64,000 bases of DNA from Felis catus (taxonomy: Eukaryota). Positions 1-11,913 of this stretch are shown piece after piece. A program made the position numbers and the translations under genes. The notes beneath the pieces are model-generated. The model ran no database searches. It was given only the letters and a program-made list of their open reading frames with translations, and had not been told where the DNA came from. The stretch is taken from contig NC_058368.1 of NCBI RefSeq assembly GCF_018350175.1, positions 111,664,001 through 111,728,000 on the forward strand. The letters run 5' to 3'. Numbering within the stretch: the first letter of the stretch is position 1; every line of letters begins with the position of its first letter.

Positions 1-1559
1 TGGTTTTAGCCTGCTGGCTGAGGCCCAGTATGTGCAGATTATGGAGATGTGGCCCCTTTCTTTCCATGCTGGAAATGAGCCCCAGAAAGCTACTGCCAGT
101 CTCTCCTGTTGAGAGGGCAGGAGGAAGCATGCACTGCAGATACTGTGAAGTCTGCAGGTTTCACTCAGTTGGGATTTGTCACTTGGCAAACAGTCAAGTA
201 TCTGCCATACCTGTCCATGTCAGCTGCAGCCTCCATGGCCAATCCGCATGATGAAGTATCCAGTCAAGTTTTGGCAATTCCGAAGGTGTGGCAATCTTGG
301 TTCTTACAAGGGGCCAGTGGGGAGCATTGCAACAGAGGCCCATGTGCCGAGCCTGCAGGATGTCCTGGGAGGGAGGCGGAGGGTGGAGGGCACCTTTGAC
401 AGTTGACATCTGTGTCAACAGCACTCAGTGACACACCGGGGGAGGACGAGCCTGCGCTTGGCAGGCCAACAATAGGCTGATTGACGAAATGAACTTTTCC
501 TCAAAGGCCCCAACACTGCCAGGGGTGCTTGGGCTGACAGTGGTCTCCCCTGCACCACACACTCCAGGGACTCCCTTGGCATGCTCAGAGCAGGGAACAG
601 GGGTGGGCTTTGGTCCCTGATGGGGTCACGACCTGTCCATGGTCCTCTGGAAGGCTGCTGTGGGGTGAAGGGTGGGCTGGTGGCTCCATGGCATGCAATA
701 ACAAAGACCTGGTGGCCTGTAGGTAATGAATGCTGTATGGGTGGGAGTGCTAGGGCTCCAGGTGAGTGATGTATCCACAGCATCTCCCATCTGGCATGAG
801 GAAGGAAGAGCTTCATGAGGTGCTCCTGAGGTATGCTTGTTTTTCCACAATATGTAGCTCAGTTGGTGGGGGTTACAAGTGCTCCCCTCAGACCTTAGCC
901 ACACTGCACTTATGAGCTCAGTTCAACATTGAGGATGAAAATCTTGGCCCTTGTTTTTTCTTGCCCCACCCCTTCTCCTACACATACATACATGGGCATA
1001 TACACACGTCCACACTACCTTGCCTGCTGAGGGTACATGACTCAAGTCACCTGGGAGCTCACACTGCCCAAGGCTGTGCCAAGAGTGTCTCTCTACAGAT
1101 GTGGGTATTGAGGCCTAGCAGGCCTCAGGCAATGGGACCGCCTAGTTGACTGTCAACAGGGACTGCCCCACCTATATCTTTTCTGTGTTGTATTCTCAGA
1201 CAAAATGAGCCCAAAGAGACTTAGGTTACTCTGCAGGTCCCTTGACACAGGCTACTGCCTTGCTCACTTACTCTTGAGGGCAATATTAGTTCAGTGTGGA
1301 TCTCAGGATTGTTGTGTGAGTTCCCCCAGGGTAAAGGGAGAAAGGGTCTGTCCTTTCAGAGATGAGCAGAAGACTAGAATGATCCTCTAAAACCCCAGTT
1401 TATTTATTTCAACTTTTATTTAAAATTCTTTGATGGTAACTTTAAGTAGTTGTTCTCAGGACGGAGACCAAAATGCTTATCAGAGTCTAGCCTCTGGTCA
1501 TCTTGGTTCTTTAACATTGTACCATGTCTTGTCCCTTGTTTTCTGCCCTTGAGCCCTTT

Positions 1560-1710
1560 TGGCCTCTTTCCACAATATCTAACATACAGTGGCTTTGTGG
1601 TGGGATAGAACATGGAGCCTCTTGGCCCTTTTGCTGGGAATGCCTCACCTCTCACATCCCATCTCCCTCGCCCTTTATACCTAGTTAACTTTTATCAGCC
1701 CTTCAGTTCT
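1560..1710 (+). mobile_element. L2 LINE fragment (degenerate); probably continues at ~2430-2620
   Basis: L2-like 'ccttttgctgggaatgcc...ctagttaacttttatcagcccttcagttct'; downstream piece ends in an L2 3'-end-like 'tagtacctagagcaatacctgatatgtagtatttactt'. Confidence 0.4.
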
Positions 1711-1719
1711 TTGAGCATT

Positions 1720-2420
1720 TGTCCCTGTAGATGTTTTTCCATCTTGTTTTTGCTTTTTTAAAATACATTATAAACACAATTTTTTTCTAGATTGTGAGAA
1801 GATTCTGTTAGTTGAAATCTTTGTAAATTTGTTTCAGTTGTTTGTTTCCTTATGTGCCTGGTTATTTTTGACTATGTGCTGGTCATTAGTTTAAAAATCT
1901 ATTTTAGGAACAAGTCTTTCAAAGAAGATTTTCATTTGCTTCTGCTGGGCTATGGTGGTCCTACTAGCTATTCAAACCTGAGATTCTTTGCTCCCAGGTT
2001 ATTTGAACGCGAGCCACAGGCTCACAAGAGGGCCTGTTTATTTCTGATTCATCTTCTCTCTCAAAGTGAAGTCCTTCAGAGGCTCAGCTCACTGCATGTG
2101 TTGAGTTCAACTCCCCACGTTGGGTGGGACCTAGATTTTGACTTGAGTCCCTCTCATCCCAGGAGGTCACCACAACTATAGTTCAACTTATATATTTCTT
2201 CTGGATCAGAAAATGACCTCAGGCCTAAAGTAGCTCTGAATGCTTATCTTGTCTATGTCCGAGTCTTTTTGGAGATGTTGGCCTGGTAACTCTTCGCTAT
2301 CTTACTAGATTTTTTATTCTTTTTATAAGATTAAAAAGTATTTCGTTAAAAGTTTCTAAGGTGTCCACTGTAAGAGTTCAGTTCAAATTAACTAGCTCCT
2401 CTTAGGAGGGCAGAAATCTC
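1720..2420 (-). mobile_element. Old L1 (L1M-type) 5'-region fragment, antisense
   Basis: T-rich tract with L1M 5'-like phrases ('gtttccttatgtgcctggttatttttgact'); lies between two L2 pieces. Confidence 0.35.
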
Positions 2421-2759
2421 TTGGTATAATTGTAATTTCCCCAATGCAGCCTTCTCTGATTTTCTACATAGGTCTGAGTTCCCCATTCTATCCTCTACTG
2501 GTACAGTAATCCTCTCCCTTTACTGGTTATTACTATGCCTGTACTTAAGAGTTTATTTGACTAATACCCTTAGTACCTAGAGCAATACCTGATATGTAGT
2601 ATTTACTTAAGGACTACTTAGGATTGTGGTGACCTCCACTTGCTTCACTTGGTCCACCAAGTTTGTTTTTTGTGTAACTTTTTGCCATTACTTTGAACAT
2701 GCAAATCGGTGATCCTTTACATTATATTTTGGTTTCCTTGACAATCAGTGCAATGCATG

Positions 2760-2960
2760 CCATGATTGAGAACATGAACTTGAAATTCAGAGACTCTTGA
2801 GTTTTATTTCTGTTCCTTCCTAACTATATGGTCTTCTGTGAGTCTCTTAACTCCTCTGAGCTTCCTTGTCTGTAAATTGGAAATAATATTTGTGTCTCTT
2901 TTATTGAGTTGCCTTGAGGATTTAATGACATGATATTTAGCATAATGGGTGACTTTGGGT
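2760..2960 (+). mobile_element. MIR SINE
   Basis: MIR core 'tcttaactcctctgagcttccttgtctgtaaattggaaataata...tgaggatttaatga'. Confidence 0.65.
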
Positions 2961-3156
2961 AAACTGAATTGGCACTAGGTATTCATTCCAACCTCCTTCT
3001 AGCATACCTTGCTGTATACAAATGGTGATAAGACAAAACTATGTCTCATATTCCTTTATAGCTCAAGTCAAGTTGTAAGTTAGATGAAAGTAGATCCTAT
3101 TAGTTAGATGTGTTTGTGCAAGATTTGGAAGATAGGAATGAGGTAGAGACTGTCGT

Positions 3157-3176
3157 CTTGTTGCCCTGGCAACAAG
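3157..3176. promoter_or_regulatory. RFX X-box-like palindrome GTTGCCCTGGCAAC
   Basis: cttgttgcc-ct-ggcaacaag is a perfect 9-bp inverted repeat; 13/14 match to X-box GTTGCCATGGCAAC. Confidence 0.4.
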
Positions 3177-3364
3177 CCTGGTAACGGCAAGCATGGCCAT
3201 GATGCTGTTGACTTTTCCATGTTTGAGTTCTAGTGTCTGGTCACTAGCTTTGTGGGTGTTAACAAGCAATCGTGGCAGTGGCAGTACCTTTATGTCACTG
3301 GATTGCAGTTACAAAAGTGCATTCTTGAAGTCAGTTTCAGTGGCAGCTTCTTAATTTTCCCTGA

Positions 3365-4610
3365 ATCAACTGTGAGTGAGGCTCTGGGTATAATCCATCC
3401 TGAAGCACAATTCCATTTCACCTAGGAGACTGTGGAATTAAAGAGACAAGTTTTCCGCTTCAAAAATGCAATGGTTAATAGGGTAACAGTTAAAGACATT
3501 TCTGTTCAAAATGAGAGAAAATAAAAATTGCTGGTCCCAAGCAATTTTGAAATCCAGCAGAGCAAACTCTAGATTTGGTTTTAAGACCTTGTTTCTGATT
3601 CTTGGCTCTGTCCTTGGGGATCAAGGCTCCACCCTCTGAGTCAGTCATCTTTCCTTTTTCATTAAGGGTAGCATGGTTTGCAGCTGAGGGGTTTTAGCTG
3701 CCTCTTCTTGCCTGCAGAATTTTGGAGATCATACAACTTTTTTTTTTTTTTATCATTTTTGTCCCCTTTCTGCCTCTTTAAGTACAAACTGGCAGTGTTT
3801 CTACTAGTATAATATTCTCAAGAATCTTGTGGCTCTCTTCCTCTATAGATAATCTCATCTGTCTTGCCTTCTACTGAGATGGCTGAGGGGACCTATGAGT
3901 CACACACTTAATCTTTTCAAAGAGCCTTTTGTGTGACTGAATGCTCTGACCTTTTGATCTTACTGAGGTACTAAAAAAAGATTTTTGTAAAAAACCTTCA
4001 GTTTTTTACCATAGAACATGTTTTCCTGACAGTGAAGTTTTTAATTTTAGTCTTTTTCAGTCTGGATTGGCTGAGAATTCCCCAAATGATCAAATCCAAG
4101 TTCCTCCTTGGTTACTATTTCTTCTTTCCGTTTATCTCTTTCCTTTTGCATTTTACTAAGCAACAAGAGCAAACCTGGCCGTACCTCCAGCACTTCTTGG
4201 CACTTGGCATGGCTAAATATCCAGGTTCATCTCTTACAAGTTGTGCTTTCCACATAACTGCGGGGTACAATTCCACTAAGTTTTCTGCTGCACTATAACA
4301 AGGATCCTCTTTCTTCCAGTTTCCACTGACATTTCCTCATTTCCTCCTGAGCCCTTCCTGGCAGCACCTTTAACATCCATATTTATACCAACAGTCCTTA
4401 CACAACAATTTAAGGATTCTCTAAGGTAATTGAGGTTTTCCCTACCATGTTCCTCACTCCTTCTGAGTCCTTACTGGTTGAACTGTTAACATCGATATTT
4501 CCGCTATGTTCTGTTCAGGCCAATCTAGTCTTTCTAGCATGTTCCTCAGAATTCCTCTAGTCTTTATGGTATTTGTTAGAGGAGCCCCGTCCCCCAACTT
4601 CTGGTACCAA
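3365..4610 (-). mobile_element. MaLR (MLT1-type) internal sequence
   Basis: MLT1-int-like phrases ('gctaaatatccaggttcatctcttacaagttgtgctttccac', 'ataacaaggatcctctttcttccagtttcca', 'cccaacttctggtaccaaa') directly abutting the LTR. Confidence 0.75.
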
Positions 4611-5090
4611 AGTATTTTTAAATTTATTACAGCAGCCATAGGAAACTATGACAACACAAGTTTATTATCTTACAGTTAGCAGGTTAGAAATCTAGAATGG
4701 ATTCCACTGGGCTAAAGTCCAGGTGTCAACAGGATTTCATTCCTTTCTGGAAGATCTAGGGGGTAGTATATTTTCTTGCCTTTCCAGATTCTGGAGGCTC
4801 ACATTACTTGGCTCATGAGCCCTTCCGTCTATCTTCAAAACCAACAGTAGCTGGTTGTGTCTTTCTCACATGGCATCATTCTCATATGGACTCTTCCTCC
4901 TCTATCTGCCGCATTTAAGGGCCCTTAAAATTTCATTGGACCCATTCAGATAATCCAGGCTAATCTTTCTATTTTAAAGTCATCCAATTTGAAACCTTAA
5001 GTCTATCTGCTACCATCATTCTCCTTTGCCATAAAATGTAAAATATGCATTCATAGTTTCTATGGGAGGCTGTTACTCTGCTGGGCACAT
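4611..5090 (-). mobile_element. MaLR LTR, MLT1D-like
   Basis: 'acaacacaagtttattatcttacagtt...ctgggctaaagtccaggtgtc...cagataatccaggctaatct...ttactctgctgggcaca' follows the antisense MLT1D consensus as recalled. Confidence 0.75.
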
Positions 5091-5469
5091 CTGCCTTCAG
5101 ATTGGCAGGGTTCTGAAAGTCTTTCTTGAGGCTTCACCACCACCCATTTTTTCCCCTTTGAATAATTTCATAAGCCACCAATAACCTGATGATGAGTAAC
5201 TGTCTTCTCCTCTTAGGGTTTCCATTTCTCTATCTGTAAAATGGTGTGACAGCATCAGTTTTCAAGTGGCAGTGGAGATAAAGAGAGTACCGATCCATCT
5301 TCCAACCGTGAGGGAGGCATGCTGTGTGGACTGAGCACCTGCTACCCCAAGAGGACTTCAAGGAGGTGGCATGAGCAGTGACAGGTCACAGGAGTGACTA
5401 GAAGTTATGGGAAGGGTGAGGGGTGCTGGGCCCTGTGCTGGGCTTCTCCTCCCCCCGCCCAACATCAAT

Positions 5470-5672
5470 TGTATTAATCAGTTTCATCTGTGATGAAGGA
5501 AATGTTCTGTTCTGTTCAATATGGTAGCTTCTGGCCGTGTGTGGTTCGTGAGCGTCTGAAATGTGGCTACTATGAGTGAGGAAATAAATGTTTAGTGTTA
5601 TTTAATTTTAATTAATGTTCTTTTAAATTTAGTTACCTGTGAGTAGCAGCTACTGTATTGGATAGCACAGCT
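5470..5672 (+). mobile_element. MER3-like hAT-Charlie DNA transposon fossil
   Basis: 'gatgaaggaaatgttct...caatatggtagc...gaaatgtggcta...ttatttaattttaattaat...gctactgtattggatagcacag'. Confidence 0.8.
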
Positions 5673-7297
5673 CTGACAGTTTGAGTTGTCCAAGGTTTGA
5701 CTGTGACACAACTAGTCACTGATGGAGAAAGGGTCTGGAGTTGGGCAGTCCTATCTCATCATATTTTCTGTGACTTGCTTTTGGGGGCACTGCTCCTTGA
5801 CCTTGGCCCAGCCTTGAACATTTCACTTCCCTCGCTATCTGGCCATTGGCTAACACCGCTCCTGTAAGCCTTTTCTGTAGCTCCTCCAAGGCTGTCCCCA
5901 CCAACCCCCACCCTGGAGTTGGGCTCTTCTACAGTCCATGATGTTAAGGGAGCCAGTAAGAGATTGGGGTGTGTATGAAGTAGCAGAAGCCCCTGTGGCC
6001 TGGGCTGGTTCCTCTTGGACACAGCCTCTAGATGCTGCCACCTGAGATGTCATTGTAGCACCTTTGCCCCATGTGGGTTTGGCACAGTCCTAGAGCCTGC
6101 TTCCTCAGGTGCCACCAAATATCACTTGTCAGTTCAGAGTCACTGGCATTCGCCCTCTTGGGGTCTCCTTTTCTGTCGTGTCTGCATAATCACCTTTCTT
6201 GGCACCAGTAAGAACAGGTGCTGTCACAGAGGTGGAGGTTGGCAGGGCTGTGTAGTGGGGGCTTGTGGCGTTGGGAATGCCAGGGCCCCCTGAAATGGGC
6301 TGCTTATCTCTGAGTCCCCATGATGGCCCCATGGTGGCTTGGCAGAGCTGAGGGGCTCTGTGTGATGGGGAACAGCCTGTGGTTGGTAAGTGTAGGGATC
6401 CTGGTGGAGGCCGGCCAAACATTTGCCCAGGTAGAGGTTTCAAGCTTATGGTTTAGGGGATGTGCCTGAACTAATCCTGTTATTAGCTGGATTATCTCTT
6501 TAAACTGAGAACCAGCTTCTGTGGGTCCCCTGTGAAATGCTCAGTTGGGAGCCAGGGTGACAGGCCCCACCCGGGGTGTGTGCCCAGTGGCAGCACGCCT
6601 GCTCCCCGCGTAGCAGCCATGCCAGCTTCTGTTCCTGTTTCATCTGCTAGTTGATTCACTGGTTCACACATTCATCCGGCAGTCCCTGGGCACCAGCTGG
6701 CATGAGGCCTGGAGCTGGATGCTAGGGACCTGGGGGTGAACTGAACCAGAGGAGGTCTCTCACAGAGACAGACACAAATGCAAAACAGTAGAACAGCATT
6801 AGGTACAGAGAAACCGGAATGTTCAGGATGAAAGGTTGAGGTAGGACCAGAGAGGTGGGTGTGTGAAGGGCTTGGAGAGGCTGCTGAGGAGGTCAGCGTC
6901 CATGCAGAGGTGAAGTAGGCTCCTGACAAGTGTTGGAAGATGAGTGGGCTGACCAGATCTGGTAGTGAGGAAGGATGGATGAGAGGACACTGATGGGTGT
7001 CAGAGTGAGACCCCCGAGGGGGCTGTTGAGTTAGTCATTCATGTTTCACCAGCCAGTATTTAATGTCCCGCTACTGGCCAGGCCCTGTTCTAGAAGCTAG
7101 GGATGTTTCCTTGAACAAAAGACACAGAAGCCTCTGCCCTTCAGGAGCCTGTGTTCTAAGAGAGAGTGATGGCGGGGAAGAGTGGAAGGGAGGGACAAGG
7201 AGGTGGAGGGGGAGAAGAGAAAGAAGAGGAGGGGATCAAAATATATAACTATAATAAGGGAATGACGTAGCCTGTCAAAAGGTAGTAAATGCTCCTG

Positions 7298-7711
7298 AAA
7301 GAAAGGGAGAAAGGAAAGAGGGAAGGAAGGAAGAGAAAGAAAAAGGAAGGAAGAAAAATAAGAAAGAAGAGGAAGAAAAAGGAAACAAAGAAGAAACAAC
7401 AAGGAAGAAAAAGAAGAAGGAAGGAAGAAAAAAAGGAAAAAGGAAAGGAAGAAAAAGGAAGAGTGAAGGAAAGAAAGAAAAGGAAAAGGAAAGAAGAGAA
7501 AAGGGAGTGAAGAAGGAAGGGAGACAGAAAAAGAAAAAATAAAGGAAGAAAAAGAAGACAGGGAGAAAGAAAAGGAAGCAAAGAAGAAAAAGAATGAAGG
7601 GAGAAGAAGAAGAAAGGAAGAAAATAAAGGGGGAAAGAAAAGGAAGCAAAGGAAAAAGAAGAAAGGAAGAAAAAGAAGGAGGGAAAAAGGAAGGAAGGAA
7701 GGAAGGAAGAA
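7298..7711. repeat. ~410-bp polypurine (GAAA/GGAA-type) low-complexity tract
   Basis: Almost only A/G on + strand with scattered pyrimidines. Confidence 0.95.
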
Positions 7712-7959
7712 ATGGAGCAGGACTAGAGGTGTGGGAAATGTTGGCAGTGATGGGGGCACCTCTCCTGAGCTGTAGGATGTGAGCAGAGACTTGAAGGAGG
7801 TGAAGATGTGACTGTGCAGATAGGGGCAGACTCTCAGGACAGAGTATACTTGCCTTGGTGGAGGAACAGTGGGAGGCTGGTGAGCCTGGAGAGAAATGGT
7901 GACATGGAGAAGAACAGGCAGGGCAGAGGGTGGGGGCACTGCTGATCAGGAAGAGCTGA

Positions 7960-8405
7960 GGTTTCATCCCTACTACCCTTGGACCCCTCGGGGGCATCTC
8001 TGAGCTTAGGGAAAATTTCCTCTGTATTTCCATTAACCTTTAAGTGAAAATCAGCATACATTTCCATTATGATTAGAGCCGCCCACCCCCTGCCCAAAAG
8101 AACCATCCAGACTTTATCAACAATGGAAATTATAGACATTTTTATTACCTATTAAAATTGTATCAGATATCTTGAAATATTTCTTCTCATCACTAGTTTG
8201 ACTTGACAGGCACAGGATCTTAGGACTTAATGCACACGCATCACTGTGTCACAAATTTTAAACATTAATTATTTCAATGTAAGTGCTTTTGTTTGTAATA
8301 CTATGGAATCTTGATGCATGTAAAACATTTATCTAAGTCAAAGTCCTTTGGCTTCCTCCGACTACTGGGAGGATCCATGGCCCAAAGATGAAGAAGAAGC
8401 CGTGG
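7960..8405. mobile_element. hAT-Charlie-type DNA transposon fossil (subfamily not assigned)
   Basis: AT-rich body ending 'ggatccatggcccaaagatgaagaagaagccgtg', resembling Charlie termini ('ggtccatggcacaaaaaaggttaagaacccctg'); sits within L2. Confidence 0.5.
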
Positions 8406-9898
8406 TATGGAGTCTGGGAAACTGCCCTAAGAACTTTGACCCTTTGGAATGGGGAGCCATTGCAGGATGTGGAGCACAGCCTCAAGATGGGATTTACATT
8501 TGAAAAGGGTGATTCTGGCTGCTCTGTTGCCCCAAGCCTGGCAGGGATCAGGGTGGAGGCGTGTTACAGTGATCCACATGGGAGACGGTAGAAGCTCAGG
8601 CCAGCATGGTAGTTAGTGGAGGTCAGGAGAAGGGGGCACATGTGGATGTATTTTGAAGGGAGGATCAAGAGGAATTGCTGCTGGATTGGATGTGGGGTGA
8701 GTAGGAGGCATCAAGGATGGTTGGCTGCAGCAGTCTAGCTGCTCTGTGAGATAGGATGGGCACACTCAGGAAGGTTTCCCACAGGAGGTGACGCTGGGGC
8801 TGTTCTTGGAAGGCAGCTGGTTGGCCATGTTAGAGCCTGGCAGCTGGCCTAGGACCCACCATAGGTGCTCAGGAAAAATCCCTGCAAAGCTGGAGGGCAG
8901 GTGGAGGGTCCATAGGGTTTCTCAGGCTTCTGGCTTGGGTGCTGGGAGGGATGGCTTTGCCACGATGGAGGTCCTGCCACTCACAGGAGAACAATGGGCA
9001 AGACCCTGGGTGATGAAGAAACTCCCAGACTAGAAAGGCTTCAGTCTTTGCTGAGCGTGGGAAGGAAGCTTGCTTGAGTCCTCAGGTCTCTGTTTAGCTG
9101 GGGGGAAGGGGGGACTGATTGATGGCCGTGGATTTAATAACTCGGTAAACCAGGACTACTCCATGCAGGATGAATTTGGTCGAGATGTAAATATTTTATA
9201 TCAGAGTATTAACTGCTTATTAAAAGTGTATTGAGATTTATATGCTATGTGGATATAATTATAGACATCACAGAGAGGTCACTGGCTTGCGGAAACCTCT
9301 CTAACAGAACTGTTAATCCGGAAATGTGTGTCCTGCCGTCAGCTGGCCTTTAGGTAGAGCATTTTACGTGTCTTATTAAGCAGAAATTAAACACAGGTAT
9401 AAAGGCTGCCGTGCACGCAGCTCCATTTTCTGGACCCACCACATGCAGATGATGTGGAATCGCCAAGCCCCGACTTGACTCCTCTGAGATGAAAGATGGC
9501 GTTCTGTGGCAGGAAGGTCTTCCTGGCTTGTGGTGACAGGGGGGCCCAGAGGACAATTGGGGCCATTCTGTCCTCCACCCAAGTCTAGACTCTGACTGCC
9601 CCAGGATGGGGGATGCAGGGGCCTGCTGCTGACAGTCATACACCCTGTATCCCACTGCTGGGGAGTGTTTGCTGTGTTGACCCCTTCTTCCTGTGGCTTG
9701 GAGAGAGAGGGACACTGGAGACAGTTTGGAGCCTGATGCAGGTAAGTGACATTAGCGTGTAGTTTTTTTGAGCTGAACGTCTAGGATGTTGTTGGTATAG
9801 AAAATGGGATCAGTGCAAAACTTGAGGTGACTTCTGGGAAAGCAAATACTTCTTGAATGTTCAAAGGCTGTTGAGTTTAGGGGGAGGCTTAGAATAAA

Positions 9899-9966
9899 TC
9901 CGTCCATCCGTCCATCCGTCCGTCCATCCATCCATCCATCCATCCATCCATCCATCCATCCATCCA
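9899..9966. repeat. (CCAT)n/(CCGT)n tetranucleotide microsatellite at an antisense L2 tail
   Basis: Direct reading; followed by L2-like 'gtgccaggcactgggatacaatggtcagtgaaata...ggagcttatattc'. Confidence 0.95.
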
Positions 9967-11451
9967 GTGGGCTAAGTGCCAGGCACTGGGATACAATGGT
10001 CAGTGAAATAAACTCCAGCCTGCACGGAGCTTATATTCTTCCTGGGGAAGTCAGTGTATCCAGACGTCAGGACGCAGACAAGAGTATTTTTTATCAATCA
10101 AATTTAAATGATTGCTGAATCCTTTTATGTTGTTTGTTTTTATTTTTGTTGCTTTTTTTTAAAGTAGATACATGTGTAGACACTCATGTCATTGTGTCCC
10201 CTACAGTCACATCTTTGTTTTCTGGAAAATAGGCAGCTCCTGGCTACCCGGATAGCTCACAGCTTCCTTTTACTATTCTTCCTGGAAATCTTTCATAATG
10301 TTTTACTGTGATTCAGAAGGCCAGAGTGCATCAGACGAACTTGCGCAGTAACTCAGGCCACTGTCATGCTGTTCTAGGCTGTGATTTGGGGTACGTGTGG
10401 AAGTTGGGGCATGCTGTTTGTCCTGCCCTATATGGACCCAGGGGCTCTCCTTTGTGAGTCCCTGGGTCTGCTTTTTTATAGTATTCTCTCTCTTCCCTGC
10501 TGGCAGGCTGGCCCACCTAGCTTGTGGTCTGTCCTCCTCTCTTTATATCCAGAGAAAGATACTTCTAGCGTGCACATAGAAACAATCAAATGTTGGCTCA
10601 TGTCTTCAAAGAAAAGAATAGTTAGCACATTGATAAACATCATCATCATTTTTGCCTTGATGTTCCAAGAATGTTTGTGAGCAAAGTCTTTGGCTATGGA
10701 GAAAGGCACATCCATGTAGAGTTGAGGGGCCTCTCCTGGCCCGGGCAGCTGCGAAATTGGCATAGTGGGTGGCTCGGGATGTTTTCTGGGCCAGAGCTGG
10801 GGGAACAGGAAGTTCAGCAAGAGTAGATGGTCTACAAGGAGCCCTCAGGGGCATCACCTGCCCCGGGGGCCACTATAGCCCCAGCCCCGTACAAGTGGCC
10901 AATTTCTGCTCTGATGGAGCCCCTGCTCCTGCGGTCTTCTGAAGGTCTCATTTTTCTGGGATACCTAAAAAGCTGTCCAAGACAGTAGCCACTGGCTTTG
11001 TGTGGCTTTTGAACACTTAATATGTGTCGAGGGGGAGTGAGGAGCGGAATTCTCAGTATTTAGCAGTTTTAATTGATTTAAATTCAATTTTTAAAAAAGT
11101 CTCCTCCCTGTCAGGGAGGAGAGAGAAAACTATCAAAAGCAGACCCAAGAACTCAAAAAGTTACGGGTAAACTTAGAGGTGTGTTTGGAACAACTTGGTA
11201 ATGTGAATTTCCTTGTACAGCTGTACATTTTAGGAGACCTAAATGCTGGTCGCGTACTTCTAGCATCTGAGCTGACATGAGCTGTAATGGTAAAACACAC
11301 ACTTGAGTCCAAAGGCCAAGTGTTAAACAAATGGTAAAATATCCCATTAGTAATTTTTTATATTTGTTGCATATTGAAGTGGCAATATTTGGGGTATATT
11401 GGGTTAAAGAAAACGTATTAAGATTAATCTGATTGGTTTACTGTGTTTACT

Positions 11452-11647
11452 TTTTATTTTTCATGTTTTTAAGAGAGAGAAGAGAGCATGAGCAGGGGAG
11501 GGGGCAGAAGGGGAGAGAGAGTATTTTAAGCAGGGTCTGTGGTGAGTGTGGAGCCCGACACGGGGCTCAATCCCACGAGCCTGGGATCACGACCGGAGCC
11601 AAAATCAAGAGTCAGATGCTCAACTGACTGAGCCATCCAGGCACCCC
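11452..11647 (-). mobile_element. Can-SINE (SINEC, older subfamily)
   Basis: Antisense tRNA-derived head '...tgactgagccatccaggcacccc', (GA)n region and T-rich tail. Confidence 0.9.
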
Positions 11648-11714
11648 TACTATGTTTGTTTGTCTGTTTGTTTGTTTATTTATTTATTTATTTATTTAAA
11701 AAAATTAAAAAAAA

Positions 11715-11913
11715 TTTTTTTAACGTTTATTTATTTTTGAGACAGAGAGAGACAGAGCATGAAGGGGGGAGGGGCAGAGAGAGAAGGAGACAGAATCGGA
11801 AGCAGGCTCCAGGCTCTGAGCCATCAGCCCAGAGCCTGACGCGGGGCTCGAACTCATGGACTGCAAGATCGTGCAAGTCGGACACTCAACCGACTGCGCC
11901 ACCCAGGCACCCC
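11715..11913 (-). mobile_element. Can-SINE SINEC_Fc (young felid type)
   Basis: 'tttttaacgtttatttatttttgagacagagagagacagagcatg...gactgcgccacccaggcacccc'. Confidence 0.95.

Larger units (their letters stand above)
7030..8760 (-). mobile_element. L2 LINE, antisense, fragmented (pieces ~7030-7170, ~7730-7955, ~8420-8760)
   Basis: L2 3' end 'cattcat...agtatttaatgtcccgctactggccaggccctgttctagaagctaggga...ctgcccttcaggagc'; interrupted by a purine tract and a DNA transposon. Confidence 0.6.

Noticed and set aside
628..648. REST/RE1-like core AGGACCATGGACAG (minus strand); half-site near 13236-13248
   Set aside because: Both flanks of the 21-bp consensus mismatch; the second is only a half-site
7097..8033. 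280-aa and 252-aa minus-strand ORFs and K/E/R-rich plus-strand ORFs
   Set aside because: Translations of the polypurine/polypyrimidine tract; low complexity, no domain
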